From contig NC_042998.1 of assembly GCF_006345805.1 (NCBI RefSeq), forward strand, positions 22,692,001-22,756,000: a stretch of 64,000 nucleotides of DNA. Reading direction: 5' to 3'. The stretch comes from Octopus sinensis (lineage: Eukaryota). Both the position numbers and the translations under genes were made by a program. Positions 52,690-63,393 of this stretch are shown in pieces. Position 1 is the stretch's first letter, and each line of letters opens with the position of its first letter. Below the pieces are notes generated by a model. The model saw nothing but the letters and a program-made list of their open reading frames with translations. It searched no databases and was not told the origin of the DNA.

Positions 52690-53230
52690 CTCCCAGATGG
52701 CCCCAGAACCTGATGCATATGTTCATCTCTGTGTCCCTGGAAAGATCTTCGAACAGCTCCTTGATCTTGGCCACAAGCTCAGTACTGGTGTTGAAAGTAG
52801 GGCTGTTGATGTCTTTTTCAACTGCACCTCAAACATAGTTATCTGTGGGATTACAACTGGGGTAATTAGGAGGCCAGAAAATAAGGCTGGTGAATTCATA
52901 GAAATTCTCTGACAACCACTTCTGAATCTTTCTGGAGGTATGGCAAGGAACCAAATCCTGCTGCCACACATTTGGCCTTCCAGCAGCTTCACATAGCCAT
53001 CTGAATTTAGCCTAAGGCTCTGTTCTGAAGTGTGGTGTGGCATGACATCCCCTTCACAAGAGACTCACCCAAAGACCATCTCAGTTTTCAGGGGAACTTG
53101 GTTTTCATGATGTCCTTGTCATGTCTTTAAAGTGTTCACAGATCATTGAGCTGCAATCATTATGTCAACATTTTGACCCCACACAAATCATCAAGAATTA
53201 ACTCTTATCTCATATTCAGATGGCTTCCAG
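52690..53230 (-). mobile_element. Tc1/mariner maT-type (D,D37D) transposase relic
   Basis: MKTKFP..MVFG*VSCEGDVMPH..LRLNSDGYVKLLE and WPPNYPSCNPTDNYV, matching the maT/rosa-group catalytic region. Confidence 0.65.
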
Positions 53231-53400
53231 TCCTCCTCATTAACTTTTTTTTTCAACTACAACTTTAATCTTTATGCTCTCCAATGCCATTGACTGTTCA
53301 TCAGTGCATCATTGTTCCTGAAGAAAAGAGACATAAAAAAAACGATCATGAAATTTAACCCCTGGACATCCTGTACATACATACATACATATATAATGTA

Positions 53401-53458
<58 letters not shown>

Positions 53459-53485
53459 TATATATAGGCACATGTGTGTATGATG

Positions 53486-54777
53486 TATGAGTGTTGTGGT
53501 AAAAGTAATTCAAAATTGGGCATTATTTTTTTTTTGTTTTTTAACTGACATAGGTTATTGGAATTGCACATATTGGTAGAGTAACTCTTCTTCCTGTTTT
53601 CTTCGTTGCAGGCAAATAATGAGTTCCTAGTAGAAGCAACATGCCATCTTTGAATTCTCAATGAAGTAAGGGTGCAGGTTGACAGCATCTACAGAAGGCT
53701 ACAGGTTGTTTAGACTGGTAGTTCTACTGGCAAGAGCAATATGCACAGTTTGACAAAGGATTTCAAAGAAGGGGAAAGAAGCCTTGAAAGAAAACCAAAC
53801 GGTGGGGATCATCAACTGCAACTCAAGAGAAGATTCACCAGCAAATGGATGACTTGATTCACAATGAGTCACAGATGAGTCACAATGGGCGAGCTTGCTG
53901 TATGACTTGAATGGTGTCAGGACGTATTACATAAGATGGCTGAAGACTTTGGGAATCAGAAAGTATATGCAGTGTAATTACCTCGGCAGGTGACACTCGG
54001 TTGAAAGAAGAGAAGGGTCAAAATCTGTTCTGATGTGCTGGGACCATTTGAAGCCAATGGAGACATGTTTTACCCTGATTTGGTGAGAAGGATCAAACAT
54101 AGCCGTACTTTTACGAGTTGGGGAAATTCTTCAATCCATAGAATGATGTCACTCCTCTTCTCCATAGCCTAAGAAGTCCAAGAACTGACGATAATACAGA
54201 AAATCACGATGACTACTTTTGATTGACAAATGCATCATTCTCATTGAGTTTCTGGGGAAATGGCAGTTCCATAAAAAGCGAGTGGTACACTGGGACACTC
54301 ACAGAGCTTTGAGATGTTGTTAGGAGGAAGAGATTGAGAGTTGATCCAAAATTAACCCAAATCCTTCATGGCAGTACATGACCAAACACATCTTTAGCAA
54401 CAAATCAGGCAACTGGCAAACAGGGTCAGTCAGTGGCCCCCTGTCCATTATACTGCTTGGATCTCATATTTTCCGACTTTCACCTTTTTTTGGTCTAATG
54501 AAGGATAGTTTTTGAGCACGATGACCTAATGACACAGGCATGGTAAACGTTGCTGTGAAGAAGTGTACACCACTGTACACACCTGAATTTTTATAAAGAA
54601 AATTCAAGATTTGGTTTCAAGAATACCACAAATGGATTCATTTTGATAGGAACTATGTTTAACAATAGCTTTTTAGAGAGAAAGAGTTATTCTACCATCA
54701 TATACAACTTGAATGGTCTCTATCAATTAAAAAAAATGTTATGTCCACTTCTGCATTACTTTGGGCCAAGCTTTGTA
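53486..54777 (+). mobile_element. Old, about 1.3-kb degraded mariner element
   Basis: KQHAIFEF..IYRRLQVV..FKEGERSLE N-terminus, eroded central and C-terminal mariner motifs, degenerate TIR-like ends. Confidence 0.6.
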
Positions 54778-55244
54778 AATGTATGTGCGTGTTTGTGTGT
54801 GCGTGTGTGTGTGTGTGTGTGCACTGATAATTGTGTGTGTGTAAATATATACCTTTCTGTACATGTATGCGTATATGTGTAATTTGTGTTATGCTTTGAT
54901 GTGATGCTTGTTGCCAGAATTTCTGACCTGATTCGAATAGAAAAAAAAAAAACACTTCAAATACTTGTTATACTCTCCATGTTAATTGATTTAGGATTGA
55001 CTTACCATGAAAGGCCCCATCAGAGCCTGTTTCATAGTTTGGTATGTCTTAACTGAGGAAGTGCAATTATCTGAAACATGCATACTAAATGCATTAATGC
55101 AGTCACTGTATCATATTTTGGCTTGACTTCATTTGATATATATATATCATGAAGATGTACTTGCATAGCAAGTGACCTAATCTGAGATCGTGTGCTGAAA
55201 CAAAAACAATTGCAGCATGGAAGGTGTTTATAAGGTGCTAGCAT

Positions 55245-55390
55245 GGAATTTTGTCAGTGAACAAGTTGCAGTCTCATAGTGCCGAAAATATTTTGACAAA
55301 TTAAATTTAAATGTTGAAGTGAATCTAACAGTTTTTGTGTGTTTTTAAATGACTTATAAACACCTTCCATGCTGCAATTGTTTATATATA
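55245..55390 (+). mobile_element. Penelope-like terminal-repeat fragment ending in (TA)n, with an inverted 31-bp copy of its end upstream
   Basis: Carries the G3-C8 hammerhead. Perfect IR 55204-55234 / 55353-55383. Confidence 0.4.
55250..55300 (+). ncRNA. Minimal type-I hammerhead ribozyme motif (G3-C8 variant core), stem II partly eroded
   Basis: tttgtca-GTGAACA-a-gttgc..gtgcc-GAA-AATATT-T-tgacaaa. Stem I 7 bp, palindromic AATATT stem III. Confidence 0.55.
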
Positions 55391-55728
55391 TGTGTGTGTG
55401 TGTGTGTACATATATATATAAATATACTTTATTTAAAAGCAGCATATTACTCTACCCCTGGTATTTGAGTACTCTTTTTTCCACCTTGTTTCACATTTAT
55501 GTGTTTACTCCGGTATATATAAATATATTTATATATATATATGATTAAAATACTGAGGGTAGAAATCGTTTTTATTTTGTAAATTTTCATTTGCCTTTCT
55601 TATTTTTTTACATTTTCGTGTTTGCTAGGTCTTTTTCTTGAGAATACACTCTTTGTGTGGTAAGGTGATTTGGCGTCTATTTCTAGCATATAAAATTCCA
55701 CTTTAGTGGTCATTCCTCTTATTAATTG

Positions 55729-55765
<37 letters not shown>

Positions 55766-56215
55766 CACCCACTGAAGTACTAACTAGGCTCAATGTTTCT
55801 TAATTTTGCTCATCAGTTGAGAAGCAATGTTTTCAACTTGATATGTGCTTTATTATTACAATCCACTCTATAAAAATGAGTCTATTCTGTAAAGTGGTTG
55901 GCATTCGGAAGGGCATCAAGCCTTATAAACCATGGCAAAACAGACACTAAAGCTAGGGTCAGTCCTCTGGCTTACCAGCTTCTCTCAAATTCTCCAACCC
56001 ATGTCAGCATGGGAGGTGGACTTTAAAATGATGATGATGCTGATAATGATATAATTTGTGTAGCATACAAACTCAAATATCCTAAGGGAATATTCAATTA
56101 CAATACACGAACTGAAATGCACATGGAGTTCTTTATGTAAGTGGATCTGATAGACAGAGACTATAAGATGCATGTGTGTGTGTGTGTGTGGGTACATGTG
56201 TATATATATATATAT

Positions 56216-56615
56216 AGGCGCAGGAGTGACTGTGTGGTAAGTAGCTTGCTAACCAACCACATGGTTCCAGGTTCAGTCCCACTGCATGGCATCTTGGGCA
56301 AGTGCCTTCTGCTATAGCCCTGGGCCGACCAATGCCTTGTGAGTGGATTTGGTAGACGGTAACTGAAAGAAGCCTGTCGTATATATATATATATATATAT
56401 ATGTATATGTATGTGTGTGTCTATGTTTGTCCCCCTAGCATTGCTTGACAACCGATGCTGGTGTGTTTACGTCCCCATCACTTAGCGGTTCAGCAAAAGA
56501 GACCGATAGAATAAGTACTGGGCTTACAAAGAATAAGTCCCGGGGTCGATTTGCTGGACTAAAGGCGGTGCTCCAGCATGGCCGCAGTCAAATGACTGAA
56601 ACAAGTAAAAGAGTA
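56216..56615 (+). mobile_element. SINE family A, full length
   Basis: Family head, core and tail. Confidence 0.85.
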
Positions 56616-56713
56616 TATATATATATATATGCATGTGTATTTTTGTCTTGACGTCATGTGGTAGTTGTAAATGATTGCTACTGTTCTATATTTAATAGAT
56701 GAGGAATTATGTA

Positions 56714-56950
56714 CATTATTTACATTTGACAGATATCTGTCCTCATCTTGTTTGTTATTAACACAACGTTTTAGCTGATATACTCTCCAGCCTTCATCAT
56801 GTGCTTGCGGGAATTTTGAACCTGGGTTCTCATTCCTTAGGTATTTTTCGATGTTGTTGTTGTTGTTATTATTATTATTATTATTATTTTTATTATCATT
56901 ATTATTATTATTATTATTATTCAGGTCACTGCTTGGAATCAGAGAAGTGA

Positions 56951-57002
<52 letters not shown>

Positions 57003-57138
57003 AATGACAACAATATAAAAAAAATCTAGATTTGAAATTTCCGCCAGACACCTGATGAAGGTTGGAGGGTATATCAGCCGAAACGTTGTGTTAATAACAA
57101 ACAAGATGAGGACAGATATCTGTCAAATGTAAATAATG
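56714..57138. mobile_element. Head-to-head fold-back of a hammerhead-bearing (Penelope-like) repeat
   Basis: 86-bp arms 56714-56799 and 57053-57138 (82/86 identical), (TTA)n and (TAA)n inner arms, 12-bp inner IR attcaggtcact/agtgacctgaat. Confidence 0.7.
57047..57092 (+). ncRNA. Minimal type-I hammerhead ribozyme motif (C3-G8 core) in a Penelope-type repeat end
   Basis: gacac-CTGATGA-a-ggttgg/agggtata/tcagcc-GAA-ACGT-T-gtgtt. Stem I 5 bp, stem II 6 bp with wobbles, palindromic ACGT stem III, predicted cut after 57087. Confidence 0.75.
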
Positions 57139-57269
57139 ATTTCTCCTATCATACACGCCACAACATTCACTTCTAATATTCATATTTGTGTGTGTCTAAC
57201 GTCTTAGTTTGGACTTCTGTATCAAATTACAAACTATATAAATATAAAAAGTAGCAGTATTAAGTAACA

Positions 57270-57925
57270 GCAGATACACTGGAAAATAGTTGTTGGAACT
57301 GACAAGGAGATGAAAGAAAACTGTCCGGATATGATAATCAAGGACCAAAATATGAGAACCCGTGCTCTCTCTGATAGACATTTTAATCCATTTTGATTAA
57401 AACACTACTTCTAAAGAAGTTGAAAACAGAGCAAAGTACAAGCATATTGAATTGGAAATATGCAATATGTTGTGTATGGGAATAAAAAGTAGTTCTCATA
57501 ATACATAGTCTTCTAAGTGTGAGGAAGATAAGGATGATGAACAAGAATTCATAAACCGCACCATGGCTTACGATTTTATATATGATCTGAAAAACAGCCG
57601 TAGTCGTCACGGTAAAGCACACATCCTACACGTCACTCTCTGGTTACATTAACACAACTTAGTTCAGCGCATGTTCTATTCAGTCAGTGTGCAATACCAT
57701 AAAAGTTTACACTGCCAAAGAAAAGCAGCATTAAATACAGCATCACAGTGGCTAAGAGAAACAAAAGATAACATAGAAAATTAGCTCTCTTGTGAACAAT
57801 AAGACTAACGCATCAGGAATATAGAATTCCACCTGGTCATACTGGGAAAACTCACAGGAAACAATTGAAAAGAAAGTAATAATGATGATGACAATGATGA
57901 TGATGATAATAATAACAATAACAAT
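57270..57925 (+). mobile_element. Degraded R4/Dong-clade LINE 3' end (REL endonuclease)
   Basis: HWKIVVGTDKEMKENCPDMIIKDQ..KEVENRAKYKHIELEI resembles the PD-(D/E)xK REL domain; ends in a TAA/TGA microsatellite. Confidence 0.6.
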
Positions 57926-60194
57926 AGTACTTATAATAAAAGTTTTTATTTACTTTTTGTGGTATAAATCTTGAAAGGGAGGAATAGTTTAGGAAGCTTT
58001 GATTTCATTAATGTACTTTTCTATCCTTTCAGTGATACTTCTCAGCTGAGAGTTCTTATACTTCCTTTAAGGTTAATACAACTGCTGCCTTCTTTGAAAA
58101 ATGGTAGATATTGTGTTATTATATATTGCATTCATTGGAAGCAGACATAAGTGGATGTCTCACAACTTCTCTTTCATTAGCATATACATGTCTGTGTTTG
58201 TGTGTGTGGGTGTGTGTGTGTGTGGGTGTGGGTGTGTGTGTGTGTGGGTGTGTGTGTGTGTCTTGAGTAGGTGTTTCATAAATCTTTTATACCTTACTAA
58301 AAGGGCTTCAGTAGGTCTCTTGGAGGTTTTGCATTCTTTGTGCACTTCAGGAATAATTGTGTGATAATATATAGATCACTTGCAAATGATTTATTTATTG
58401 TGCTGAAGATTTCCATAAGTATTGTTAAGAACGTCCGTATTCACCAAACAGATATCTAAATAAATATCTTGAATATAATAAGTGTGATATATCAGGAGAA
58501 GACGGGGTGGAATAAATAAGATACTGTATATAGCAGCTAAAGAGCAAAGGTTTGATTTTCGATGCACAAGACCATGTGAGATTGCAAACAAAAATTTTGC
58601 TGTACCATTGTAATAATTTTTACTATATATAACACTTATATTCATAAACCATAACTTACATTATTATCATCATCAAATTCATAAACCGTGACTTCTGTTT
58701 GGTCTGTTTTATTCTAGTTTCTGCAATGATTGGCAGGTGAGAGATAAGTATCTTCTGGATAGGATAACATTTTGCTGTAATTTTCTCCGTAGTGTTCTCT
58801 AAACTGTTACATGAAGAATAAACCGTCTCTAAACACAATGAAAGGCTTGCATTGATTTTAAGAATTTATGACCTATAAGTATAGGTACTGACCCCCCCGT
58901 GTTTGCATTAGCTAATGAAAAGAAAGAAGGAAAAAGCAAGGCAACAACAAACGAAGCAGTTTGTGTTTTTATTTGTTTTTTTACTATTTTTAGTTGAAAT
59001 ATGACAATGTATAAAATTGAAGTTCTGCAGCAGTGTCGGTGTGTGTACATGTGTGTGTGCATCTATAAAAAGAAAAAATATCATTTAATGGGGGGGGGGT
59101 GTAGTTTTTTTTTTCCTCCTACATTTTAATTTAATTTTCAGACAACAACAACCCAATTAGTTTTATGGACTTCGCTTTAATTGAAAACATTCTTATGATT
59201 AGAAAGAATTAATAAATAATAGCATGTAAAACAATTTAATTTTCTTTTAATCAATCACAGACTGAGGTTAAGTTTGTAAGAGAAATTGCAGCAGGAATTT
59301 TTATTTTATTTCAAGGATGGATGCAGCAGATTGCTGTTTTATGAAAATCTTCAAAAGAACAAAAAACAGAGAAGAAAAAATAGAAAGACAGAAAAAAAAA
59401 ATTATAAAAGAAAAAAAAAGATAATGCTTTTCTTCAAGTTACCATTAAGTCGTTTCTGAAAGTAAAAGTTAACTGTACTACTTAGAACATAAACCGTTTC
59501 CTCAAAGAATCTTGTTCACCTGGGTTCATATAATTACTAGCAACTTTAAATTCTTTTGCAAAAAAATTTTTAACTATAGATGATTCTATGGAAATATGCT
59601 GCATTGTTTACTTATCACAACCATTCCACCTTGGTAAAATACAATTGTTTTGAAAACTCTTCTTTGTATCTCATAAGTTAATCAAAATTGAGAACCTAAT
59701 ACATTAGTAATGTTTTTGCTCTGAACGAAAAACAAAAAGAAAGCAAGCTAATCCATTAATAATAGTGATGTCTAACATAAACAAAAGTTTAATACATCTG
59801 AGAGCAAGATTTGGAAGCTGAATGTAAAAGAACACAAATACTACAAAATATTTTATCTGTTAGTTGACTGATTCTGAGATTCATTATACTTTATTAGTAG
59901 TAGTAGCAATAGTTTTCTTAGTAAAAAGTTAACTAGAAAAGACTAAATTATTTTTTGTTAAGTGTAGAAATAAAAGTGTAATGAAATAAGAAAAAGTGTT
60001 GATATTGGTTTTACTATCGGGGATCCTGAGGATGAAGATGGTGATGAAGAGAAGATAATGGTAAAGCAGGATGATAGGGCCTTTAAAAAAAAATATCTCT
60101 GAGCAAGCATACCTAGTTTTAAGCATGATAATTTCCAAACATTAAAAGCAGTTTTGATTTGACTCTATCACTTTCCATTTCTACAAATACACAT

Positions 60195-60366
60195 AGGCGT
60201 AGGAGTGGCTGTGTGGTAAGTAGCTTGCTTACCAACCACATGGTTCCAGGTTCAGTCCCACTGCGTGTCCCCTTGGGCAAGTGCCTTCTACTATAGCCTC
60301 AGGCCGACCAGAGCCTTGTGAGTGGATTTGGTAGACGGAAGTTGAGAGAAACCCGTCGTATATATG

Positions 60367-60425
<59 letters not shown>

Positions 60426-60630
60426 TTGTGTGTTTTTCCCCCCAACATCGCTTGACAACCGATGCTGGTGTGTTTATGTCCCCGTCACTTAGCGGTTCGG
60501 CAAAAGAGACCGATAGAATAAGTACTAGGCTTACAAAGAATAAGTCCTGGGGTCGATTTGCTGGACTAAAGGTGGTGCTCCAGCATGGCCACAGTCAAAT
60601 GACTGAAACAAGTAAAAGAGTAAAGAGTAA
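60195..60630 (+). mobile_element. SINE family A, full length
   Basis: Family head, core and tail. Confidence 0.85.
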
Positions 60631-60879
60631 ATAAAACTAGATTAGAAAAGAATGCTATTTATTTTTGAAGAGATATAGTGGAACCTAGATAGGTTTTGAG
60701 AGATAGGATTTAGTGATCGTGTAAATATTGGTTCTGATCTTGATAGAAAATAGTGGGTGGTTTATTACTGCAAACAAAATATTGTTTAAATTGCAGTTTG
60801 CAAATATGAGTTTTTGTATCGTTACTATGCTACAAATGTGTAGAGTCAATTAAGTTCTGCTTGTTATATGATTTGTAGT

Positions 60880-61395
60880 TATCATCATCACTGTTCGACC
60901 ATGGTCGAGACAATGGAATTTACTATGTTACGCCAGACTTCACGATCCATCATAGCATTTCGGAGGTCCTGTTGCTGGATGCCTGTATCCCTGGAGATTA
61001 CATCAGGGTAGGAGAGTGTGCACCCTCTGGTATAGTGAGCAGATGGCTTCCAGAGGAGAAGAGTAGAAATTACCTCGTTTTCAGCTCTACAACAATGTCC
61101 AGCAAACTGGACTCTTCTACCTTTCACAAGAGATTATACAGGTGGTAATTTCCCATATATTTGTACTTTGGTTGGATGACGCTTCCACGAGAGATTTTGA
61201 GCTCTCATAAGGAGGCAAATGTAAGTTCCATCCAACCGCCTCTCAAGCTTCTTTGATAACGTCCAGGTTTCTGAGCCATATAGTAGAATTGGTTCGACTG
61301 TGGCTTTGAAGATTTTAAGTTTGAAATCTCTACTTAGATTTGATGACCAGATCTTATGCATATCATTACAGGCTGGCCAGGCCATACCCTTTCTA
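60880..61395 (-). mobile_element. 5'-truncated RTE-type LINE 3' end (second family)
   Basis: AWPACNDMHKIWSS..KLKIFKATVEPILLYGSETWTL; RRVQFAGHCCRA..LLLWKP..MDREVWR; (TGA)n tail. Confidence 0.8.
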
Positions 61396-63077
61396 GTTTG
61401 AAAATCTTTGTAGTTATTCTGTTGTCACCAGCTGAGTTACCAGCAAAATTGATCAAAGGAGGTTTCGAACTTAGAACTTTGAGAGACTAAACCAAATTCT
61501 AAAAGGATTTTAATCTTGTAACACTATGATTTCTGCTAATCTGTTGACTTCAGTTTGGATGTAACTTAGCAGTATTTTTGTTTAAATGATTATAGCGCTA
61601 GTATACACTGGAATATTCTCTTAAAAAGAAATCTGTTTATTTGAATATTGGATAATATTCTTATCTAGAATTCTGAAAAGAAATTTAAAAATTTCGAAGA
61701 ACTGTAATTAAAATTTGTAAATGACATTTTAGAACTCTTACACAGCTCGAGTTAGTTCTTAAGAATAAGAAATGTGTCGCTTTAGAAGAGGGAAGATATA
61801 AATTTTGTTGGTATCAGCTTATCAGCTTTGTGAATTACTTCAAAAAGACAGAAAAATAAACTAATGACAGAAACATCTGTTTCTTAACTAAAGCATATAT
61901 ATATATATATATATATATAAAGAATTCAGAAAGCAATTCTTGGTCTCAGGTATTGATAAAAATGTACTCAGTATTGTCAGGTCTCTCCTTTACTTGAATG
62001 GTGCGAACATTTCAGTAGGGGGTGGGGTGGTGGGGCTGAAAGAAAAATAGGTGGAAGATTTGATCAATTCTTTATGCTAAAGAAGTCACTATCTCCTTAG
62101 AGTCTGAAATAAAGCTAACATCAGCCAGCTAAAATAAAATTTAAACGGATGTAAAATTGATAAATAAAGGGAAATATTAAATATTGAAGTAGTTTGAATA
62201 AAGAAGTGATGCTTCTAGGACACATGTGTGCGTGTGCGTGCATGTATGTGTGTGTGTGGAGAGAGAGAGAGAGAAAGAAACAAGCATCTACATTTTGTAC
62301 TTGAATAATTTAGAATAAGAGACAATTCTGGTTAAGATTATTGTCATACGCAATTGCTCTGCAGTGCAATGATGAGCTAAAGAATCATAATCAATTTATA
62401 GTTTGTATTTATCTCAATTTTCAATTAGTAAATCCAAGTTAAGATTTTTGTATATCTTTATAATCATCTTTATATTCTTGTAAGTTAGAGTTGCACCACA
62501 TTCTCCTTGAATTGCACTGCCCTGCTAATTCAAAATCTATCTCTGTGAATATTATATTTGATACACTTAAAAACATGAAAGAGGAAAAAGCTAAGACACA
62601 ATTAAATTTCCTTTAGTAGATGGAAAGAGTTTATTTAATTACCTCGAATAAGAGAGACTCCTCTTTAAACGTAAGCTGTTATCGATGAGAAGAGTGCATG
62701 TACCACAAAGCACATATCACGTACGTTTACATTATCTAGATGAAGAGAGTTAAAAACCATTCTCGTATTCAGCTGTTACTTTAAACTTCAGCTGGAATTA
62801 TAAGTTGGAGGCTTCAAAACTCTAAGATAAGGATAATGTGAAAGTTTCATGCGAAATGCAAATTGATGTTGTAATTTTGTGCAAATGTTTCCATTACTAT
62901 GCTTTCCAGTGTCCCCACCAACCAACTTTTTTAAGACCCTATAAACTTTGCGTTGAACACTTTATAAATTTTATATTTCTATTCTATGATGATGACAACA
63001 ACGATGATGATGATGATGATTCTTCATTGAGCTCCATAATTACTTGTTTTGAAATCTGTCAAAGCAAAGCAGGAGCA

Positions 63078-63212
63078 TTATTATTATTATTATGATTATT
63101 ATTATTGTTATTATTATTATTATTATTATAATTATTACTATTATTATTATTTTATTATTATTTTTATTATTATTATTACTATTATTATTATTATTATTAC
63201 TATTATTATAAT
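63078..63212. repeat. (TTA)n array about 180 bp upstream of the large exon
   Basis: Direct reading. Confidence 0.9.
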
Positions 63213-63393
63213 TTCTAAATCAAATAAACTTCTCTGTAGAATATTCTGATAATCCCATTTCATTCTAGTTAAATCAAGTTAAGTTTTCTATGAATGACTC
63301 CCAAGTATGTTACATTAAATAAAGCTAAGTAAGTTTTTCCTTTACACTTTCTATAGTTGGCACAAATTATTTACACATTTTCTTCTCTTATAG

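Noticed and set aside
53612-53665. Strong acceptor and gtaagg donor
   Set aside because: Lies at the 5' end of a mariner relic and has stops in all frames.
16271-60630. tRNA-like heads (A/B boxes)
   Set aside because: They are SINE heads without a complete cloverleaf or acceptor stem; not tRNA genes.
75-63249. Most ORF-track entries (His/Thr, Val/Cys, Tyr/Ile, poly-Ile/Asn runs and repeated MSSNVGG.../RRHLPKVP... peptides)
   Set aside because: They are translations of (CA/TG/TA/TAA)n microsatellites or of SINE and RTE-tail copies, not genes.
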